Origin: a virus
Lineage: Duplodnaviria > Caudoviricetes
DNA: 26,953 nucleotides
Strand: one strand, 5' to 3'
IMG/VR virus record: IMGVR_UViG_3300012200_000014
Span: 1 to 26,953 of that record
This document shows, piece after piece, positions 19,173 to 24,909 of the stretch. The notes under the pieces are model-generated. The model worked only from the letters and a program-made list of their open reading frames with translations. It was not told the origin of the DNA and did no database searches. The position numbers were made by a program, and so were the translations under genes. The stretch's first letter is position 1. Each line of letters starts with the position of its first letter.

Positions 19173-20293
19173 GAACTCCCTACCTCCGGGCCGCGAAGCA
19201 GGCGGCGAAACGCAACGGGATTCCGATCCCAACCTTCCTCAAGCTGGTCAACCAGGAGTCCGGCTGGCAGGCTGGCATCGTTTCGTCAGCAGGGGCGCAG
19301 GGGCTGACGCAGCTGATGCCCGGGACTGCCCGTTCGCTCGGCGTCACGGATGCCTTCGACCCAGTGCAGAACCTCGACGCCGGCGCCCGCTACCTGCGCC
19401 AGCAGCTCGACAGGTTCGGCTCGATGCGGCTCGCGCTCGCCGCCTACAATGCCGGCCCCGGCAACGTCGAGAACGGCGACTGGGAACGGATCCCGGAAAC
19501 GAAGCGCTACGTCCAGTCGATCCTCGGCTCGCCGCCGGGCAAGACGATCTCACCCTCCGGTGGTATCACCCGCGAGCATGCACAGCCCACGCCGAGCCCG
19601 CGCAGAACCCGCGCAGCCCTGGCGGCGGTCCCGGTCAGCGCAGCGCTCTCATCGACGCCGGTCGATCCGCTCTGGGGCACCGACCTGCTCTCGAAGACGG
19701 CCTACGAGAACCTGGGCAAGATCGCTCAGGGCTGGAGCCCGACCTCGACGATGGACGCCCTCGTCCAGGCCTCCCAGGTGCCCGTCGTCCCGCCCTCAGC
19801 GCTCGCGCCGGCGGCGCCGGGCCGGTCGCTGCTGCCGGCACCGCCGCTACCGCCGGTTGTCTCACAGCTCCCAGCGCGAGCGCCCACGCAGCCGCCTCGA
19901 GCTGCCGGCCCCAAGATGGGCAAGATCGTCATCGCCCCCGGCGCTGACCGGCCCGGTGTGCCGACCCAGAAGGCGGTGCTCGACTTCGCCGCCCGGATCG
20001 CAGAGCTCTACGGCAGGCCGCTGACGATCGGGACAGGCTCGAACCACAATCAGTTCGTCGTCGGCACGCACCGCCAGTCGGCGCACTGGACAGGCCGCGC
20101 CGCCGACATCCCGATGGCCGGCGACGCGCTGACGAAGCTCGGCCAGGACGCCCTGATTGCCGCCGGCATGGGCCCCGCCGAGGCGCGCCAGCAGAGAGGC
20201 GGCGTCTACAACATCGGCGACTACCAGATTCTCTTCAACACCTACGTGGGCGGTGATCACTACAACCATCTGCACATCGGTCTGAGAGGCTAA
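19169..20293 (+). CDS. Virion-associated peptidoglycan hydrolase: SLT lytic transglycosylase + Pro-rich linker + M15-like Zn peptidase
   Basis: SLT motifs NQESG, GAQGLTQLMPGTA and ALAAYNAGPG. The C-terminus has SAHWTGRAAD and HYNHLH. Confidence 0.85.
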   Translation: MRTPYLRAAKQAAKRNGIPIPTFLKLVNQESGWQAGIVSSAGAQGLTQLMPGTARSLGVTDAFDPVQNLDAGARYLRQQLDRFGSMRLALAAYNAGPGNVENGDWERIPETKRYVQSILGSPPGKTISPSGGITREHAQPTPSPRRTRAALAAVPVSAALSSTPVDPLWGTDLLSKTAYENLGKIAQGWSPTSTMDALVQASQVPVVPPSALAPAAPGRSLLPAPPLPPVVSQLPARAPTQPPRAAGPKMGKIVIAPGADRPGVPTQKAVLDFAARIAELYGRPLTIGTGSNHNQFVVGTHRQSAHWTGRAADIPMAGDALTKLGQDALIAAGMGPAEARQQRGGVYNIGDYQILFNTYVGGDHYNHLHIGLRG

Positions 20294-20476
20294 GCGCCAA
20301 TCCTCACCCGAAGAGAATGAGCAAACGTCCGCTCTTTGCGGCCAGGAAGGGGCTCGGCTTAACCTCGCTGGGGCTTGACGGCAGAACTGAGTGGCCTAAG
20401 GATGGGCGTCGGCTTCTTGTGGAAGCACGCAGAGGTTCTGCGGCGAAGGCCCAGACGTCAGCGTGTAGGGAAGCTC

Positions 20477-20515
20477 GCGGGGGTCGACTGCAGAGTCGGT
20501 CCCCGCTGTTTTTTT
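20477..20515 (+). terminator. Intrinsic terminator closing + strand transcription
   Basis: GCGGGGGTCGACT-GCAG-AGTCGGTCCCCGC followed by TG and T7. Confidence 0.8.
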
Positions 20516-20526
20516 GTGGTCCCGTT

Positions 20527-20773
20527 CTGGCTATGGCTGGCTATGGACCCTCTTGCCGCACCCCTGCCGGGGGCTTGCCGCCCAGTTGCTTTTGGCTTGC
20601 TTAAGCCATTCTTCTGCCCTGCAGCGCCCCAAATCGAATTTCGAGACCGCCGCAATAGACCGCTCTGCCACCCCTCCGAGTCTTGAAACTCCCTGCTAAT
20701 CGGCTTTTTTTAGCTCCTCTCTGTTTGTGACATTTGCAACAGTGGCTAGGATCTGGCTAGGAACTGGCTTGCA
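20527..20773. other. attP: attP site: tRNA-derived core with integrase arm-type repeats
   Basis: Left arm: CTGGCTATGG twice (20527-20546) and TGGCTTGC (20593). Core at 20639-20677. Right arm: TGGCTAGGA, TGGCTAGGA and TGGCTTGCA at 20743, 20754 and 20765. Adjacent to the integrase 3' end, with phage genes on both sides. Confidence 0.8.
20639..20677 (-). pseudogene. 5' half of tRNA-Ser(CGA) forming the attP core; not a complete tRNA
   Basis: The minus strand reads GGAGGGGTGGCAGAGCGGTCTATTGCGGCGGT-CTCGAAA: acceptor 5' strand, D arm, anticodon 5' stem and loop. The expected ACCG... 3' half is replaced by TTCGAT. Confidence 0.85.
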
Positions 20774-20784
20774 AGCGGTACGAG

Positions 20785-20828
20785 AAAAGGCCCGCCCCGT
20801 CGCCTCTAAGGACAACGGTAGCGGGCCT
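20785..20828 (-). terminator. Intrinsic terminator after the integrase
   Basis: Minus strand AGGCCCGC...CGTTGTC...GGCGACG...GCGGGCC followed by TTTT. Confidence 0.7.
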
Positions 20829-20852
20829 CGGTCCCCGTGCGCGCCGGTGATT

Positions 20853-22094
20853 TTACCGTGCCCCGAACCTTGCCTGGCGAGCCTTGGTGGCGGTGCTCTT
20901 CTCGAGGTGCCCGTAGATCGTGCGGGCGACCTCCGGGTCGTGGCCGGCGGCTTCGCCGATCATCGCCCAGTCGACGAGCTCGCCGGCGTCGGTGTACGAC
21001 TTGATCGCCGAGGAGACGTAGGTGTGGCGGAAAAAGTGCGCGGTCACGCTGCGTCCGATTCCGGCTCCTTCGACGGCCTCCTTGATCTTTTTGGAGATGA
21101 AACTCGCCTGCCGCGGCGTCTGCTTCGACGTCGGAAAGAGCAGCCCGCCGCGGTGGAGCCAGCCGGCCTCGATTCCCGCGTCGATATATGACTGCAAAAC
21201 CTTGGCCCCGAATTCGGAGACAGAGACGGTGCGCACTTTGTCGCCGATCGTCGAGTCCTCACCCTTCAGCGCCTTGAACCAGGTCCTGTCGTCGCTGACG
21301 TCGCGCTTGCGCCGCAGCTGGCGCTCGACACGCAGCTCGCCGTAGAAGCCGACGTGCTCGTCGCCGTGCGGGCGCACCATCGGGTTCCAATCCTTCAGCT
21401 GCAGCGCGAGCATCTCGGACAGCCTCAGCCCGAGCAGCGGCAGCAGCAGCACGATCACCCGCATCTGCGCACCGACGATGTCGCCGTTGATGTTGTCGCG
21501 GCTGAGCACGGCGGCGACGTCCGCGATCCGGTCGACCTCAGCCATGTCGACGACCAGCCCCTGCTCCGACTGGCTGCGCTTCTTCCGCTGCGGGATGTTG
21601 ATCTCCGAGATCCCCTGGACGGGGTTCGTGGTGCAGTAGCTCTGCTCCCCTTGCGTGCACCATTTGAAGAAGGCGAGCATCGCGCTGTAGACGTTGGCGC
21701 AGCTGTTCTCCGTCAGCCCCCGTCGCTTCGCGTTCTTCAGCACCTGGGTGATCTGACGCGGCTGCACCTTGTCGACGCGGAGGTGCCCGATCGCCGGCAG
21801 CACGTCCATGCGGAAGCAGCTGGCGTGGCGGTCAATCGTGTCGACGCCGGCGCGGTGCTCGGCGCCCTTGAACTCCTCCCATGCCTTGCGCACGGTGATC
21901 TTCGAGTCGGCGGCGAGCGGCTGGCCATAGTCCTCGTGGTAGAGCCGCTGTGCTTCGCCGAGCTCGGTCGTCCCGAACGAGCGCTTGACCGGCCGCTCGT
22001 CGCGCCAGCCGTAGAAGTACCAGACGCCGCTGTCGATGCGCTGCCGCAGACCAGGGAAACCCTGTGGGTCTACAGCGGGATGAAACTCTGCCAT
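20853..22094 (-). CDS. int: Tyrosine integrase (413 aa)
   Basis: AAGGAGG RBS before ATG 22094. Catalytic set LGLRLSE (R), ALKG (K), HFFRHTY (HxxR), AAGH and IYGH (Y). Also has an arm-binding-like N-terminus and a SAM-like core-binding region. Confidence 0.93.
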   Translation of the reverse strand: MAEFHPAVDPQGFPGLRQRIDSGVWYFYGWRDERPVKRSFGTTELGEAQRLYHEDYGQPLAADSKITVRKAWEEFKGAEHRAGVDTIDRHASCFRMDVLPAIGHLRVDKVQPRQITQVLKNAKRRGLTENSCANVYSAMLAFFKWCTQGEQSYCTTNPVQGISEINIPQRKKRSQSEQGLVVDMAEVDRIADVAAVLSRDNINGDIVGAQMRVIVLLLPLLGLRLSEMLALQLKDWNPMVRPHGDEHVGFYGELRVERQLRRKRDVSDDRTWFKALKGEDSTIGDKVRTVSVSEFGAKVLQSYIDAGIEAGWLHRGGLLFPTSKQTPRQASFISKKIKEAVEGAGIGRSVTAHFFRHTYVSSAIKSYTDAGELVDWAMIGEAAGHDPEVARTIYGHLEKSTATKARQARFGAR

Positions 22095-22188
22095 GCTGAC
22101 CGTCCTCCTTGCAGTGAGATGCACTGGTTGTGCATAGCCAGTCTAGCCACCTCGCTCTGACCCATTCGGGTGGTTCTGCTCGATATGA

Positions 22189-22214
22189 GGGAGCCGGGCC
22201 GAGACCCGGCTCCC
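22189..22214 (-). terminator. Perfect 10-bp hairpin at the 3' end of the array
   Basis: GGGAGCCGGG-6 nt-CCCGGCTCCC. It has no U-tract, so it may be a processing or stabilising stem. Confidence 0.5.
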
Positions 22215-22424
22215 CGTCGTTCCCAGCCTTCCAGCCTGCTCCCCTCTGGCCCATCCAACCGCTTCTTCCACCCAGTTCGCCAGCCTGCTCCCCTCGGCGC
22301 CACCCAGCTCGCCTACCACGCGTCCTGCCGGCCGACCACTCCCCCAGCCACGCAATCCAGCAACCACCCTCGCACCCGCCAACCCATCCTCCAGACCTCC
22401 CACCTCTCCTACTCACCCCGAGAT

Positions 22425-22475
22425 CGATGTCTCTGGGCGGCTCGACCTTTCGACTCGAGCCACCCGCAGACATCG
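22425..22475 (-). repeat. Array hairpin repeat 2
   Basis: CGATGTCTGCGGGTGGCTCGA...TCGAGCCGCCCAGAGACATCG; homologous to 22580-22632. Confidence 0.85.
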
Positions 22476-22579
22476 CCAACCAGCCTCCAACCCGCTCACC
22501 CATCCTCCAGACCTCCTACCTCGCCTAGCCTGCGTCCTCCCGACTTCCCATCCCACAATCCAGCTCGCCTTCCTCCAGT

Positions 22580-22632
22580 CAACGTCTCTGGGCAGCTCAG
22601 CCCATCTCGGACTGAGCCACCCACAAACGTCG
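22580..22632 (-). repeat. Array hairpin repeat 1
   Basis: CGACGTTTGTGGGTGGCTCAGTCC-GAGAT-GGGCTGAGCTGCCCAGAGACGTTG; several mismatches resolve as G-U pairs only on the minus strand. Confidence 0.85.
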
Positions 22633-22768
22633 AACTCCTTCCGTCCTGTTGTCCATCCAGATCGCCGCTCAGCCGTCCTCCTGTCCGACCACCGGCCCAG
22701 CCAGCCTCCCGCCCCGCCGTGCTCCCTTGCTCCCGGCCTGGCCTCACTGCAGCCCTACCATCTTCCCT

Positions 22769-23416
22769 TTATGTCCATGCGATCTCGTGCGGCTCGGAGA
22801 CTTCGACGACGACAAAGCGGCCCATCCCGATCCGGACGGCGTCGCCGATGCCGCGCTGCCCGGCGCGGTTCACGAGCATGACGGCGTCGGCCGGCGAGAA
22901 GACCTCGGGCCAGATGCAGAGCAGCGTGAAGCTGGTCGTCCAGCCGGCGTGCAGAATCGGCCGGCGGACCGGGCCCATCTTGGTGCCGAGCCGGCCGAGG
23001 CGTTCGTCGATCACGTCCCACTCAAGCACCGGCTCAGAGCCGTTGCCGTTGCGCGTCGTGAAGGAGCAGAACTCCTCCTTGACGCTGAACGCAGTCGGGA
23101 TGATCGGGCGCATCGACTTCGCCCCCGACTTGGTCGGGTCGGGCAGGCCGCGGGCCATCTCGGCAATCGCCTTGATGAACTGCGCGCCGTCGACCGCGAG
23201 CGCTCCGTCCTGCCGCCAGACCTTGTCCTCGTAGTTCGGCGTCTGCAGTCTCTTGACGCCGGCCTTGCGACGTTCGTCGGCGGCGACGTAGGCATCGACA
23301 TTCGGGGCGTTGAAGAAGAAGGCGCGCACGCCGCGGACCGTGAAGCCGATTCCGAACGGTGTGATGGCGTCGTCTCCGAAGACACGGAGCTCGTCCTTTT
23401 TCTTGGTTGTTGGCAC
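22769..23416 (-). CDS. Stand-alone RAMP/Cas7-like RNA-binding protein (Vipr-like), 215 aa
   Basis: GGGAGG RBS before GTG 23416. RAMP-like motif order: FTVRGVRAFFFN, LAVDGAQFIKAIAEMAR, VRRPILHAGWTTSFTL and the C-terminal Gly-rich loop GIGDAVRIGMGRFVV. No other cas genes in the window. Confidence 0.75.
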   Translation of the reverse strand: MPTTKKKDELRVFGDDAITPFGIGFTVRGVRAFFFNAPNVDAYVAADERRKAGVKRLQTPNYEDKVWRQDGALAVDGAQFIKAIAEMARGLPDPTKSGAKSMRPIIPTAFSVKEEFCSFTTRNGNGSEPVLEWDVIDERLGRLGTKMGPVRRPILHAGWTTSFTLLCIWPEVFSPADAVMLVNRAGQRGIGDAVRIGMGRFVVVEVSEPHEIAWT

Positions 23417-23612
23417 TTGACCGTCCTCCCTTGTTTTTGGGTGTGTCTGACTCTTCCCTTGATAGGTGACCGGCCCAGCGAGCGCGACGGCGACGCCGGG
23501 GTGCTCTCTCGGCCACATGTCTGAGGTTCCCAGCCTTCCCACTGCTTGCGCTCGCCGTCCCCCACTCGGCTCGGGGGCTCGAGGTGCGCGGTGCTGCCCA
23601 GCCTGGATAGAT

Positions 23613-23667
23613 AAAAAAACGGGGCTGGCGCGGTCCGCTGTCGGCCTGCGAGTCCTGAGCCCCACCG
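23613..23667 (-). terminator. Probable intrinsic terminator between the early genes and the RAMP-like gene
   Basis: Minus strand GGGGCT...CGCAGGCCG-ACAG-CGGACCGCG..AGCCCCG followed by T7. Confidence 0.55.
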
Positions 23668-23751
23668 CTGCCGGTACCACCTATGCTTACGGTGCCCCCG
23701 AACGGTCGAGACTGGTGCTCAGCTCTCATGTGGCATGTATCGGGGGCTTCT

Positions 23752-23982
23752 CTATTGCATCGCCTCCTTGCGCATCGGCGCGAGCTTCTCGCGGCGCCAG
23801 CGCAGGGCAAAGCGGCGCGGGTCCTCGCCGCGTTCGAGCGCGAGCTCGTGCAGCGCCGTATTCAGCAGTGCTTCTTCGCGCTCGAGCGTGGCCCGGAGCG
23901 CGACGATCCCGCGCTTCAGCTTCGCGTGCTCGTGCGCGAGCTGCTGCAGTTCTTCCAGCCGAAAGGTGTGCAGACGTTTCAC
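23752..23982 (-). CDS. Hypothetical coiled-coil protein (76 aa)
   Basis: GTGA overlap with the upstream gene; high GC3. Confidence 0.65.
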   Translation of the reverse strand: MKRLHTFRLEELQQLAHEHAKLKRGIVALRATLEREEALLNTALHELALERGEDPRRFALRWRREKLAPMRKEAMQ

Positions 23983-24251
23983 AGGTATCCCTGCTCGCGC
24001 AGCCAGCGCTCGTACTCTTTGTTCAGTCGGCGGGCGGTCAGCCTGGCGGTCAGCTCGCCGGGGACAAGGCGGCGGTAGCCCGAAATCTCGAGCACCGGGC
24101 GGTAGTTGTAGGCGCGGTCGTAGACGTACCAGTCGGTGGTCGGCCTGCTGTTCCCGCTCCCGCGCTCCGACGGGTAGCGATCACCCTTGCGGTGCATGAA
24201 GCGGAAGCCGGTGATGGAGCCGACCGTGTAGCGGGGGAAGAGGACGCTCAC
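23979..24251 (-). CDS. Hypothetical protein (90 aa)
   Basis: 4-nt overlaps at both ends; high GC3. Confidence 0.7.
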   Translation of the reverse strand: MSVLFPRYTVGSITGFRFMHRKGDRYPSERGSGNSRPTTDWYVYDRAYNYRPVLEISGYRRLVPGELTARLTARRLNKEYERWLREQGYL

Positions 24252-24430
24252 AGGCGGAGCCCGATCTCGCTCAGCAGCTCCTTCAGGCTGCGCAGCTCCG
24301 TCGCCTGCAGAAGCAGCGCCGCGATCAGAGCCGTGCTCCCCGCGTCCAGGCCCGGGCTCGTCTCGTACAGCCGGCGCTCCAGTTGTCGCTGCTCCTCGAG
24401 CAGCTCTTCGTGGACGCTGCGCAGTGTCAA
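24248..24430 (-). CDS. Hypothetical protein (60 aa)
   Basis: TTGA overlap with the upstream stop and a GAGGAG RBS. Confidence 0.65.
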   Translation of the reverse strand: MTLRSVHEELLEEQRQLERRLYETSPGLDAGSTALIAALLLQATELRSLKELLSEIGLRL

Positions 24431-24909
24431 AAGGGAATCTCCTCGTCCTCGACGCTGCGCTCGAGCTGGCGCTGCACGTCGCGGTTGAATTTCTCGTTGC
24501 CCTTGCCGTCGTCCTCGAAGTTCGACTCGATCACGACGCGCTGGCGCAGACGGGTGATCTGCAGGCGCGTGTCGCGGAAGCCGTCGACGCCGAGGAAGCA
24601 GGCGAGCTGCGGCGACTTCTCGCCGCCCTCGTAGATGCGCAACGCCGTCGTCCTCATCGTCTGCCCGCCGGGCCCCTCGATGCTGCCGTACCTGTTGCGC
24701 TCCGGCGCGGCCGGGTTGAAGTAGCCGAAGGTGACACGCGACTCGGTCGGGACCTCGAGCTCGAAGTCGCCGCGCCCCTTGTCGTAGACGCGGATCGTGC
24801 GCGTGCCGCCGGGATCGCCGCCCTCGGAGACGTCGGTCACGACTTCGGTCTCGACGGTGTCCTGGTCCTGCTTGGCCATCTGAACGCTGTGCTGGTCCTG
24901 CTTAGTCAT
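24427..24909 (-). CDS. Hypothetical protein with an SSB-like acidic C-terminal tip (EDEEIPF)
   Basis: 160 aa, beta-rich, with a GAGG RBS; ends in EDEEIPF. Confidence 0.7.
   Translation of the reverse strand: MTKQDQHSVQMAKQDQDTVETEVVTDVSEGGDPGGTRTIRVYDKGRGDFELEVPTESRVTFGYFNPAAPERNRYGSIEGPGGQTMRTTALRIYEGGEKSPQLACFLGVDGFRDTRLQITRLRQRVVIESNFEDDGKGNEKFNRDVQRQLERSVEDEEIPF

Larger units (their letters stand above)
22181..22768 (-). ncRNA. Putative guide-RNA array: three (GG-NN)n tracts, each closed by a hairpin (VIPR-like)
   Basis: 4-nt periodic tracts at 22738-22635 (26 units), 22577-22474 (26 units) and 22418-22221 (~49 units). Hairpins at 22632-22580, 22475-22425 and 22219-22181. The array begins right after the stop of the RAMP-like gene. 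Confidence 0.75.

Noticed and set aside
20381-20460. Hammerhead ribozyme in the three-stem element
   Set aside because: The CUGANGA and GAAA core motifs are not present at the junctions.
20600-20677. Complete phage-encoded tRNA-Ser
   Set aside because: No 3' anticodon stem, variable arm, T arm or acceptor 3' strand follows the anticodon loop.
20317-20699. ORFs 20317..20604, 20375..20686, 20458..20655 and 20514..20699
   Set aside because: They overlap the terminator and/or attP elements and lack coding bias.
22221-22522. Diversity-generating retroelement TR/VR pair among the array duplications
   Set aside because: No reverse transcriptase is present in the window and the differences are not adenine-specific.
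22700-22760. 5-nt GGY/NN periodicity at the start of tract 1
   Set aside because: Only a few units (ggtag ggctg; aggcc aggcc) fit 5 nt. From 22738 onward a slip-free 4-nt parse fits better.
22130-22768. Pro/Ser- or Gly/Trp-rich ORFs over the array (22130..22528+, 22170..23234+, 21832..22503-, 22143..22403-, 22496..22747-)
   Set aside because: The period is 4 rather than 3, there is no GC3 bias or convincing RBS, and several frames are open only because low-complexity G/C sequence lacks stops.
22181-22768. Canonical CRISPR array or simple microsatellite
   Set aside because: There are only two ~52-nt divergent hairpin repeats and the intervening ~100-200 nt tracts are themselves periodic. NN positions are diverse, unlike slippage repeats.
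23417-23680. N-terminal extension of the RAMP-like ORF to 303 aa
   Set aside because: It crosses a probable terminator and looks non-coding. A strong RBS supports GTG 23416 as the start.
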